In this document: piece by piece, positions 32,228 through 40,777 of the stretch
How the letters are laid out: the number at the start of each line of letters is the position of its first letter
How positions within the stretch are numbered: the first letter of the stretch is position 1
Assembly (NCBI GenBank): GCA_964570935.1
Contig: CAZMZP010000073.1
Coordinates: forward strand, 28,820 to 92,819
Direction: 5' to 3'
DNA: 64,000 nucleotides
From: an uncultured bacterium
Lineage (GTDB): Bacteria > Eisenbacteria > RBG-16-71-46 > JAFGJU01
Position numbers and translations under genes: made by a program
The notes under the pieces: generated by a model
Seen by the model: the letters and a program-made list of their open reading frames with translations, nothing else
What the model was told of the DNA's origin: nothing
Databases searched by the model: none

Positions 32228-33304
32228 ATGACCAGGAATTACTCGATCATAGTTGGAACTGGCAGTTACATCCCTTCGCGAAGGGTTCACAATGACGAGT
32301 TTCTTGAACACCAATTTTACGATTCAGGAGGGACGCTGCTCGGTCAGCCCAACGAGGAGATTGTAAAGACCTTTGCGAAGATCACCGGCATAGCCGAACG
32401 AAGGTACGTTACGGACGATCTCGTCACTTCGGACATTGCCTTCTATGCTGCGGCCGACGCCCTCGAATCGTCAGGAATCGCCAGAGAAACCCTCGATTTC
32501 ATTATCGTGGCGCACAATTTCGGCGACGTGAAGGCGGACAACAGATGTGTCGATCTCGTCCCAAGCCTTGCCGCCCGCGTGAAGAGGCGGCTGGAAATCC
32601 AGAACCCCAGAACGGTGGCTCTTGACGTGGCTTTTGGCTGCCCCGGCTGGCTGCAGGGGATGATACAGGCCGATTACTATCTCAAGTGCGGTGACGCGAA
32701 GAGAATCCTCGTCATAGGAGCGGAGACGCTGTCAAGGGTTTCGGACCCTCACGACAGAGACAGCATGATATACGCTGACGGAGCCGGAGCGACAATTGTG
32801 GAGGCAGCGGAGAGCAGCGCACCGGTCGGAATACTCTCTCATACTGCGCGTTCTGATACAGACCACGCGTATTTGCTCCACATGGGCAGGTCGAACAAGC
32901 GTGGCAACTCCAGTGACGGGTTGTTCCTGAAGATGGAGGGCCACAGGCTTTATGAGTACGCCCTTGGGACCGTGCCCGGAGTGGTGAAGGAGACCCTTGA
33001 CAAGGCAGGGTTGTCGCTGAGGAACGTGAACAAGGTCTTGTTTCACCAGGCGAATGAGAAGATGGACGAAGCGATGCTGAGGCGTCTGTATAGATTGTGC
33101 GGAGAGGAGAAGATCGCGGAACATGTCATGCCCATGACAATATCGTGGCTCGGGAACAGTTCTGTGGCCACGTTGCCCACGCTGCTTGATCTACTGCTGA
33201 AGGGAAAGCTCGAGAATCACGGGTTGGCCAGGGGGGACAACGTCGTGTTTGCATCCGTCGGGGCAGGCATGAACGTTAACTCGCTTGTGTACAGAATGCC
33301 GTGA
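32228..33304 (+). CDS. fabH: 3-oxoacyl-ACP synthase III (FabH family)
   Basis: TGIAERR, catalytic AFGCPGW, DGAGA, FHQAN, GNSS.AT.P, SVGAG; start ATG 32228. Confidence 0.88.
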   Translation: MTRNYSIIVGTGSYIPSRRVHNDEFLEHQFYDSGGTLLGQPNEEIVKTFAKITGIAERRYVTDDLVTSDIAFYAAADALESSGIARETLDFIIVAHNFGDVKADNRCVDLVPSLAARVKRRLEIQNPRTVALDVAFGCPGWLQGMIQADYYLKCGDAKRILVIGAETLSRVSDPHDRDSMIYADGAGATIVEAAESSAPVGILSHTARSDTDHAYLLHMGRSNKRGNSSDGLFLKMEGHRLYEYALGTVPGVVKETLDKAGLSLRNVNKVLFHQANEKMDEAMLRRLYRLCGEEKIAEHVMPMTISWLGNSSVATLPTLLDLLLKGKLENHGLARGDNVVFASVGAGMNVNSLVYRMP

Positions 33305-33424
33305 TGTCGGCTTAGTCGCTGTACACACACCCGCTTCGTCTGCACCCGATCCGACGCCACTGTCGAGCCCGCCCCAGTGCGGGATCACATCAGTATCTCC
33401 CCGGCTCCGAACAAGCTGTCCTGC

Positions 33425-33452
33425 TTGACTTTCAGTGTTCCTGTGCTATTCT
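33425..33452 (+). promoter_or_regulatory. Putative sigma70 promoter of gcv operon
   Basis: TTGACT-N16-TATTCT with TGn extension. Confidence 0.45.
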
Positions 33453-33545
33453 GAATAGATTTTTGCTGCGGGTATGCTTGTTGAGGGCGCGGGCAGCGGG
33501 GCGCGCCCCGGGCCGTGCGAAGCAGGAGCAGCGTAAGGGAGACCC

Positions 33546-34646
33546 ATGCCCAAAGAGACTCCTCTCACAGTAGGGCACCGTGAGCTGGGTGCCAGGCTGA
33601 TAGAGTTCGCCGGGTGGCTGATGCCTATCCAGTACACAGGCATCGTGGACGAGCACAAGGCCGTGCGTGAGGCCGCCGGGTTGTTCGACGTGTGTCACAT
33701 GGGCGAGATATGGTTCAGGGGCTCCGGTGCCATCGAGACGGCCAACAGGCTGGTGACGAACGACCTCGAACCGCTCCAATCGGGTGCGTGTCTGTACTCA
33801 CCGATGTGCAACGAGAAGAGCGGCATCGTGGACGACGTCATTATTTACAGGGTCGGCGACGAAATGCTGTTTGTGGTCAACGCGGCCAACACCGCCAAGG
33901 ACCTCGCGTGGATACAGGCGAGATGCGCTGAGCTCGGCAGCCGGACTCAGATCGAGGACCGCTCGATGAAGACCGTGCAGATCGCTCTCCAGGGGCCCGG
34001 CACTGACGAAGTGATGAAGAAGGCCGGCCTGGGTGAGCTGGTTCCGTTGGGCCGCAACCGCCACATCCAGGTCATGGTGAAGGGAACGCCGGTGCTGGCG
34101 TCCAGGACCGGGTACACCGGCGAGGCCGGGTTTGAGTTCTACCACGACTGGGACGCCGGCGATTTCCTGTGGAGGCTGCTGTTCGAGGCCGGGCGCGGGT
34201 TGGGCGTCAAGCCCATCGGGCTGGGCGCGCGCGACACGCTCAGGTTCGAGATGGGGTACTGTCTGTACGGAAACGACATCGACGACACGACCTCGCCCCT
34301 GGAGGCGGGTCTGGGATGGACGGTCAAGCTGGACAAGCCCGATTTCGTAGGCAGGCGGGCGCTGGTCGCGGAGAAAGCCGCCGGAGTGAAACGCAAACTG
34401 GTCGGGATGGAGCTCCTCGAGAGCGGCATTCCGCGCAAGGGTTATCCCATCAGGGTGGGCGGCAGGGGAGTGGGCCATGTGACGAGCGGCACCTTCTCGC
34501 CCTGCCTGGGCAAGGGCCTGGCCATGGGCTACGTCGAGGCCGGATTGTCGCAGCAGGGCACGGAGGTCAGCATCACGATAAGGGACAAGGAGCTCAGAGC
34601 CAGGATCACAAAGCTGCCGTTCTACGTGCGCGGCAGCCGCAAATAG
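33546..34646 (+). CDS. gcvT: Glycine cleavage system T protein (aminomethyltransferase)
   Basis: FAGWLMP.QY, GLFDVCHMGE, SRTGYTGEAGFE, GLGARDTLRFEMG..LYGNDI. Confidence 0.97.
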   Translation: MPKETPLTVGHRELGARLIEFAGWLMPIQYTGIVDEHKAVREAAGLFDVCHMGEIWFRGSGAIETANRLVTNDLEPLQSGACLYSPMCNEKSGIVDDVIIYRVGDEMLFVVNAANTAKDLAWIQARCAELGSRTQIEDRSMKTVQIALQGPGTDEVMKKAGLGELVPLGRNRHIQVMVKGTPVLASRTGYTGEAGFEFYHDWDAGDFLWRLLFEAGRGLGVKPIGLGARDTLRFEMGYCLYGNDIDDTTSPLEAGLGWTVKLDKPDFVGRRALVAEKAAGVKRKLVGMELLESGIPRKGYPIRVGGRGVGHVTSGTFSPCLGKGLAMGYVEAGLSQQGTEVSITIRDKELRARITKLPFYVRGSRK

Positions 34647-34690
34647 GCGTACCACGGAAGAGGCGGTAGACCTTAAAGCGAGGTAACAGC

Positions 34691-35071
34691 ATGACAGCGA
34701 TCCCCGAGGACCTGAAATACACCGACGAGCACGAGTGGCTCCGCATAGACGGAGACACTGCCGTGGTCGGGATCACCGATTACGCCCAGCACGAGCTGGG
34801 CGACATCGTATACATCGAGCTCCCGGCTGTGGGGAAGAGAGCAGAGGTCAAGAAGCCGTTCGGCGTCGTGGAGGCAGTCAAGACCGTCAGCGATATCTTC
34901 GCCCCCGTCTCGGGAGAGATTGTCGCAGTGAACGAGGCGCTTTCGACGGATGCGTCCATAGTTAACAAGGAACCCTACGGCCAGGGTTGGCTGATAAAGA
35001 TAAAGATGTCGAACCCGGCTGACGCTGGCTCGCTGCTCGGGCCGGCGGAGTACAAGAAACTGGTCGGATAG
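34691..35071 (+). CDS. gcvH: Glycine cleavage system H protein
   Basis: YTDEHEW, GITDYAQ.ELGDIVY, lipoyl-Lys VEAVKTVSD, N.EPYG.GW. Confidence 0.97.
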   Translation: MTAIPEDLKYTDEHEWLRIDGDTAVVGITDYAQHELGDIVYIELPAVGKRAEVKKPFGVVEAVKTVSDIFAPVSGEIVAVNEALSTDASIVNKEPYGQGWLIKIKMSNPADAGSLLGPAEYKKLVG

Positions 35072-35153
35072 AAGGCGCCGGGAGAGTCGTGGCGGACGGG
35101 CATGGGCCTTGGACACGCTCGCACCGACTGCGCCGGCCGGAGATGGACTCGCG

Positions 35154-36530
35154 ATGGCTGGATACATCGGTAGAAGCGACAAAGAGCGGGAGGACATGCT
35201 CCGCTCCACGGGGGTGGGGAGCATAGACGAGCTCTTGGGCGCGGTTCCGGCCAGGCTCAGGGAACGGGCCGGGATAGACCTCGGCCCGGGGATGTCCGAG
35301 ATGGAGGTCTCGGCGGGTCTCTCCGAGATGGCGTCGCGCGATCAGTCTTCACTGAACACGGTCTGCTTCGCCGGCGCGGGCATCTACGACCACTACGTGC
35401 CGGCGGCGGTGAAGCATCTGCTCCTGAGGAGCGAGTTCTACACGTGCTACACGCCGTACCAGGCGGAGGCGAGCCAGGGCACGCTCCAGTGCATCTTCGA
35501 GTTCCAGTCCCTGATGTGCCGGCTCACCGGGATGGACGTGTGCAACGCGTCCATGTACGACGGCGCGACCGCGGTGGCGGAGGCGGCTCTCCTGGCTGTT
35601 GCCGCCAGGGAAACGCCGAGAGTGCTGGTCTCCTCGTGTGTTCATCCTCATCACAGAGAGGTTCTCAAGACCTACTGCGCCGCGTCGGGCATCGAGGTTG
35701 TGGAAATAGCTTCGCGTGACGGCATCACTGACTTGGAAGCGCTCAAGGTTGCGCTTCAGACCGGCGCCGCCTGCTTCATCCATCAACAGCCGAACTTCTA
35801 TGGAATAGTGGAAGACACTTCTGAATTCTCCAGGCTCCGGAGCGCTGACCCCGCTCTGCTCGTGTCGTACGTGGACCCGGTCTCGCTGGCGCTGCTCCAG
35901 CCGCCGTCCGAATACGGCGCGGACATCGTGGTGGGCGAGGGCCAGGCCTTCGGCAACGCCATGAGTTTCGGTGGGCCGTTGCTGGGCTTCTTTGCGGCCA
36001 GGAACGAGTACGTGCGGCGGCTCCCGGGCAGGGTGGTGGGCATGACCGTGGACGGAAACGGAAAGCGCGGGTTCGTCCTCACACTCCAGACCCGCGAGCA
36101 GCACATAAGACGCGCGAAGGCCACGTCCAACATCTGCACGAACGAGGCGCTTGTCGCCCTGGCCGCCACGATACATCTGTCCCTGCTGGGCGGGAAGGGT
36201 CTCAAGGCGGCGGCCGAGCGCTGTCTGGCCAAGAGTCATTACGCGGCCGAGAAGGTGTCCAGGGTCCACGGTTTTGGACTCAGGTATCAGAAGCCCTTCT
36301 TCAAGGAGTTCCTGTTGAGCTGTCCGGTCTCGGCGGAGGCGCTCGTGTCCGAGCTGGCGAAGAGGGGGATCCTGGCTGGCGTGCCGCTCTCGCGGTTCAC
36401 GCTGCCCGGCGAGACTGAGAGCCATCGCCTCCTTCTGGTGGCGGTGACTGAGAAGAGGACGGCGGGCGAAATAGACAGACTGTGCAAGGCGCTGGGTGAC
36501 GTGGCCGCAACGATGCGCAGGGTGGACTGA
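35154..36530 (+). CDS. gcvPA: Glycine dehydrogenase (decarboxylating) subunit 1
   Basis: GAGIYDHYVP, RSEFYT.YTPYQAE.SQG, NASMYDGATA, REQHIRR.KATSNICTN; start ATG 35154. Confidence 0.96.
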   Translation: MAGYIGRSDKEREDMLRSTGVGSIDELLGAVPARLRERAGIDLGPGMSEMEVSAGLSEMASRDQSSLNTVCFAGAGIYDHYVPAAVKHLLLRSEFYTCYTPYQAEASQGTLQCIFEFQSLMCRLTGMDVCNASMYDGATAVAEAALLAVAARETPRVLVSSCVHPHHREVLKTYCAASGIEVVEIASRDGITDLEALKVALQTGAACFIHQQPNFYGIVEDTSEFSRLRSADPALLVSYVDPVSLALLQPPSEYGADIVVGEGQAFGNAMSFGGPLLGFFAARNEYVRRLPGRVVGMTVDGNGKRGFVLTLQTREQHIRRAKATSNICTNEALVALAATIHLSLLGGKGLKAAAERCLAKSHYAAEKVSRVHGFGLRYQKPFFKEFLLSCPVSAEALVSELAKRGILAGVPLSRFTLPGETESHRLLLVAVTEKRTAGEIDRLCKALGDVAATMRRVD

Positions 36531-36543
36531 GCAGGATAGGACC

Positions 36544-38031
36544 ATGACTGAAGAAAGCTCACCGGAAAAGGGAATCCGACGGCTTCGTGCGGAATCCGAG
36601 CCAGTGTTGTTCGAACTGCACGAGGAAGGCCACGGCTCATTCTCGCTGCCGAGGCCGGACGTGCCCGCGGTGGAGATGGAGAAGGTCCTGCCCCGGCACC
36701 TCATCCGCAAACAGGGCCCCGGCCTGCCTGAGCTGAGCGAGCCCGAGGCCATCAGGCATTTCACGCGGCTTTCATCGCTCAACTACCACGTGGACATGGG
36801 CATGTATCCGCTGGGCTCCTGTACGATGAAGTACAACCCCAAGGTGAACGAAGACGCGGCCGCGCTTCCCGGCTTCAGAGACGCGCACCCGCTCGCGCCC
36901 GAGGAGTCCTCCCAGGGCGCGCTCGAGCTGATGTATCTTCTGGGGCAAGCGCTCACCGCAATCACCGGCATGAGCGAGTTCTGCCTCCATCCTGCCGCGG
37001 GCGCGCACGGTGAGCTCACGGGAATGCTTCTGGCAGCGGCCTACCATCGCTCCAGGGGAAACAAGAAGACGTCGGTCATCATACCCGACTCGGCGCACGG
37101 CACTAACCCGGCAAGCGTGCGGCTGGCGGGGTTCGAGGCGCTGGAAGTCAAGTCGGGCGAGAACGGGTGCCTGAACGCCCGGACGCTCAAGGACGCGGTG
37201 AACGACGGGGTCGCCGCGCTGATGCTCACGAACCCCAACACACTCGGCCTCTTCGAAGAAGAAGTGCTGGAGCTGGCGGAGGTCATCCATTCGGTGGACG
37301 GGCTTCTGTATTTGGACGGCGCCAACATGAACGCGCTGTTGGGAGTCGCGAAGCCGGCACACATGGGTTTCGACATAGTCCACTTGAACCTGCACAAGAC
37401 ATTTTCCACTCCGCACGGGGGTGGTGGGCCGGGCTCCGGGCCGGTCGGCGTGGCGGAGAAGCTCAGGCCCTTTCTGCCGATCCCGCGCGTGGTCAAGACC
37501 GACAGGGGCTTCGTCCTCCATCACGACGAACCCGCGAGCATAGGCAGGGTGCACAGCTTCTACGGTAACTTCGGCGTGATGGTGAAGGCATACGCTTACA
37601 TACTGTCCCTGGGTGGCGAGGGTCTCGAGGCGGTGGCGCGGGAATCAATACTGAACGCGAACTACTTGAAGTCGCTCCTCGCGCCTTACTTCGACATACC
37701 GTTCGACAGGCCCTGCATGCACGAGTTCGTGTTGTCGGGGAAGAAGCTCAAGGCCGGGGGCGTGAGGACACTGGACTTCGCGAAGCGGCTTCTGGATTAC
37801 GGATTCCACGCTCCGACCGTGTATTTTCCGCTTATAGTCGAAGAGGCGCTGATGATAGAACCGACCGAGACCGAGACGAAGCGCGAGCTGGACAGGTTCG
37901 CGGAGGCCATGAAGGCGATCGTGAACGAGGCCGCTGCAAGCCCCGAGCTTCTAAAACAGGCGCCGGTGGCGACGCCCGTGGGACGGCTGGATGAAGGCAA
38001 GGCGGCGCGCGAGCTGAGGCTTAAATGGTAG
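36544..38031 (+). CDS. gcvPB: Glycine dehydrogenase (decarboxylating) subunit 2
   Basis: YPLGSCTMKYNPK, PDSAHGTNPAS, PLP-Lys HLNLHKTFSTPHGGGGPG, MIEPTETE; start ATG 36544. Confidence 0.96.
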   Translation: MTEESSPEKGIRRLRAESEPVLFELHEEGHGSFSLPRPDVPAVEMEKVLPRHLIRKQGPGLPELSEPEAIRHFTRLSSLNYHVDMGMYPLGSCTMKYNPKVNEDAAALPGFRDAHPLAPEESSQGALELMYLLGQALTAITGMSEFCLHPAAGAHGELTGMLLAAAYHRSRGNKKTSVIIPDSAHGTNPASVRLAGFEALEVKSGENGCLNARTLKDAVNDGVAALMLTNPNTLGLFEEEVLELAEVIHSVDGLLYLDGANMNALLGVAKPAHMGFDIVHLNLHKTFSTPHGGGGPGSGPVGVAEKLRPFLPIPRVVKTDRGFVLHHDEPASIGRVHSFYGNFGVMVKAYAYILSLGGEGLEAVARESILNANYLKSLLAPYFDIPFDRPCMHEFVLSGKKLKAGGVRTLDFAKRLLDYGFHAPTVYFPLIVEEALMIEPTETETKRELDRFAEAMKAIVNEAAASPELLKQAPVATPVGRLDEGKAARELRLKW

Positions 38032-38549
38032 AGTCGCGGCCCGAACGGGATGGGCAGAAGGCGGCCGGTGGCGATGCATGCGGCCGGACCGGGGCGGCTC
38101 CCGGCAAATTGACCTGGAGCGTGAGACCGTGTACAATGAACTGGCTGAAGTTCGGCCTGGTGAGCGCCGTCATACTGGGTTTCGGCTTCTTAGTCCAGCT
38201 CGCCTTCGGAGACGTCTTTTTGGCGGTCCTCTCGATCGCCATACTCGTGGGCTCTCTCCACTCGTACTTTTTCGAGACCAGCTACAGTCTGAGTCCTGAA
38301 GGCATAGAGGTCAGGGGCGTCTTCGGCAGGCAGAGGAAGCCGTGGACGGGCTTCAAGAGCTTTTCTGTAGACAGGGCCGGCCTGAGCCTGAGCCCTTTTG
38401 CCAGGCGCTCGTGGCTGGAGCACTACAGGGGCGCGCGTCTGTTTTTCGGCGTGGAGGGAAGCGGTGGCAGGGACGAGGTCGTGGGTTACGTGACTGAGAA
38501 GCTGGGAAAGGAAGCCAGGCGTGGACAAAGGGTTACACCCGTTCCTTAA
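38025..38549 (+). CDS. Hypothetical membrane protein (2 TM + small beta domain)
   Basis: Overlaps gcvPB stop; two hydrophobic helices then YFF.T.Y...LSPF...SWLE.YRG. Confidence 0.65.
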   Translation: MVESRPERDGQKAAGGDACGRTGAAPGKLTWSVRPCTMNWLKFGLVSAVILGFGFLVQLAFGDVFLAVLSIAILVGSLHSYFFETSYSLSPEGIEVRGVFGRQRKPWTGFKSFSVDRAGLSLSPFARRSWLEHYRGARLFFGVEGSGGRDEVVGYVTEKLGKEARRGQRVTPVP

Positions 38550-38916
38550 GGAAACACTTAGGGAGGCGGTGAAGGACGGCATCCTGGACGAAGAGGCCCT
38601 GTTGGACGCAGTGGCCGCGAGGATCGCAAAGATGGGTCTGGGCGTTCCGGCCATCTTCTTCCTGGAGTCCTCGAAACCCCTGAGCTTTCTTGGAAGCCAG
38701 TTTCTGGTCTTCATCGAGCCGTTCGTGAAGACCTTCATAGACATAAAGAACTACGACAAGTTCTGCCTAATGATGGAGGACAGGAACAACGTCGAGAAGC
38801 TGATACTCAAAGTCGAGGAGCTCGAAGAGAAGGTCAGAGAAGAGAAGAGACAGCAGAAGAAAGAAAAGAAAGCTGAGAGAGAAAGGAAGAAGCATGAGCG
38901 TGTCCAATCCGGATAG
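38521..38916 (+). CDS. Hypothetical protein
   Basis: Overlaps both neighbours; PAIFFLESSKPLSFLGSQFLVF.EPF core and Lys/Glu-rich tail. Confidence 0.7.
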   Translation: MDKGLHPFLKETLREAVKDGILDEEALLDAVAARIAKMGLGVPAIFFLESSKPLSFLGSQFLVFIEPFVKTFIDIKNYDKFCLMMEDRNNVEKLILKVEELEEKVREEKRQQKKEKKAERERKKHERVQSG

Positions 38917-40714
38917 TGTCCGCACCATCCTTGCGACCGACTGCGGAAGCACGACGACGAAGGCCATTCTGATCGAAAAGAGGGGCGAGGAATACAGGTT
39001 GATCGTGCGCGGAGAGGCTCCGACGACCGTGGAGGCGCCTTTCGAAGACGTGACCAAGGGCGTGCTGAACGCCGTGAGAGAGGTGGAGGAGCTCGCCGGG
39101 AAGAAGATCCTGGAAGGCGAGAGGATCATCACTCCGTGCAAGAACGGCGAGGGCGTCGACCTCTACATATCCACGTCGAGCGCGGGCGGTGGCCTTCAGA
39201 TGATGGTGTTCGGCGTGGTCAAGACAATGACCGCGGAGAGCGCGCAGAGGGCGGCACTCGGCGCGGGCGCCATCGTCATGGACGTCATCGCTTCGAACGA
39301 CGGCAGGCTGCCGCACCAGAAGATCAAGCGCATTCGTCAGCTGAGACCCGACATGATCCTGCTTTCGGGCGGGATAGACGGGGGCACGACGGCGCACGTG
39401 GCCGAGCTGGCGGAGCTGCTGTCGGCGGCCGACCCCAAGGCGCGTCTGGGCGCGGGCTACATGCTTCCGGTCATATACGCCGGCAACAAGGACGCGAGGC
39501 GAATCGTGTCCGACCGGCTGGCGGACAAGACGGCGCTCGTCATAACCGACAACCTGAGACCCGTGCTGGAACGCGAGAACCTGGGCCCGGCGAGGATCAG
39601 GATACACGACCTCTTCATGGAGCACGTGATGGCGCACGCGCCCGGGTACAAGAAGCTGATGGAGTGGACGGCGGTGCCCATAATGCCAACTCCGGCGGCG
39701 GTCGGGAAGATAATCGAGACAATAGCGAAGGAAGAAGGAATCCAGCCCATAGGAGTGGACATCGGCGGGGCAACGACGGACGTGTTCTCGGTCTTCCAGG
39801 GCGTTTTCAACAGGACCGTGAGCGCCAACCTGGGCATGAGCTACAGCATCTCCAACGTGCTGGCGGAGACGGGGCTTCCTAACATCATGAGGTGGGTGCC
39901 GTTCCACGTGGGAGAGAAGGACCTGCGAAACAGGATCAAGAACAAGATGATCAGGCCCACGACGATTCCGCAGAGTCTTGAAGAGCTGATGATAGAGCAG
40001 GCCATCGCGCGCGAGGCTCTGAGGCTGGCGTTCGAGCAGCACAAGTCGCTGGCGGTGGGTCTCAAGGGCGTTCAGCAGGAAAGGACGATTTCGGACACGT
40101 TCGACCAGACCGCGAGCGGCGAGACCCTGGTCAATTTGAGGGACCTGGACATGCTGGTGGGGAGCGGCGGTGTGCTCTCGCACGCCCCGCGCCGCGTGCA
40201 GGCCGCGCTCATGATGATCGACGCGTTCCTGCCGGAGTGCGTGACTCATCTGGCCGTGGACAGTATTTTCATGATGCCGCAGCTGGGCGTGCTTTCCACA
40301 GTGCACGAGAAGGCCGCCACGGAGGTGTTCAAGAAAGACTGCCTGATTCACCTGGGCACATGCGTGGCCCCCGTCGGGACGGGGAAGCAAGGCAGCGAGT
40401 GCGTCAAGGTCAGGCTCGAGACCGGCGAGGGCCGGAAGGCAGACGCCTCGGTCAAGTTTGGACAGATGGTGGTCCTGCCGCTGGGTGTGGAGGAGACAGC
40501 TCGAGTGGTCGTGGAGCCTGCCAGAGGGTTTGACGCCGGCTCCGGACCCGGCAAGATGCACGAGGCGAAGGCGCAGGGAGGGGTCGTGGGCCTCATCATG
40601 GACTGCCGCGGGCGCCGGCCGTTCGCGCTTCCGTCAGACGACGCCGAAAGAGTGAGAAAGCTGACGGAATGGAACGCGGCGCTGAACGTGTACCCCGAGA
40701 ACCAACTCAAGTAA
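38894..40714 (+). CDS. GlmL/MutL (glutamate mutase L)-like ASKHA actin-fold ATPase
   Basis: Phosphate-1 ATDCGSTTTKA, SSAGGGL, PDMILLSGGIDGG, IMPTP.AV, phosphate-2 VDIGGATTDVFS, RTVSANLGMSYS, adenosine motif VGSGGVL. Confidence 0.85.
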   Translation: MSVSNPDSVRTILATDCGSTTTKAILIEKRGEEYRLIVRGEAPTTVEAPFEDVTKGVLNAVREVEELAGKKILEGERIITPCKNGEGVDLYISTSSAGGGLQMMVFGVVKTMTAESAQRAALGAGAIVMDVIASNDGRLPHQKIKRIRQLRPDMILLSGGIDGGTTAHVAELAELLSAADPKARLGAGYMLPVIYAGNKDARRIVSDRLADKTALVITDNLRPVLERENLGPARIRIHDLFMEHVMAHAPGYKKLMEWTAVPIMPTPAAVGKIIETIAKEEGIQPIGVDIGGATTDVFSVFQGVFNRTVSANLGMSYSISNVLAETGLPNIMRWVPFHVGEKDLRNRIKNKMIRPTTIPQSLEELMIEQAIAREALRLAFEQHKSLAVGLKGVQQERTISDTFDQTASGETLVNLRDLDMLVGSGGVLSHAPRRVQAALMMIDAFLPECVTHLAVDSIFMMPQLGVLSTVHEKAATEVFKKDCLIHLGTCVAPVGTGKQGSECVKVRLETGEGRKADASVKFGQMVVLPLGVEETARVVVEPARGFDAGSGPGKMHEAKAQGGVVGLIMDCRGRRPFALPSDDAERVRKLTEWNAALNVYPENQLK

Positions 40715-40777
40715 CAACGACCCGGCGGAACGAGTCGGGAAGAAACCTGTGCCGAATAAGAGGGAGGGAACAGCAAA

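Noticed and set aside
33305-33545. Glycine riboswitch upstream of gcvT
   Set aside because: No GGAGA...CCGAAG...CTCTCAGG aptamer core is visible, and the leader after the putative promoter is short.
38894-40714. Calling this locus a glutamate/methylaspartate mutase pathway or DNA-repair MutL
   Set aside because: No B12-binding or mutase subunits are present, and the motifs are actin-fold (ASKHA), not the GHKL ATPase of mismatch-repair MutL.
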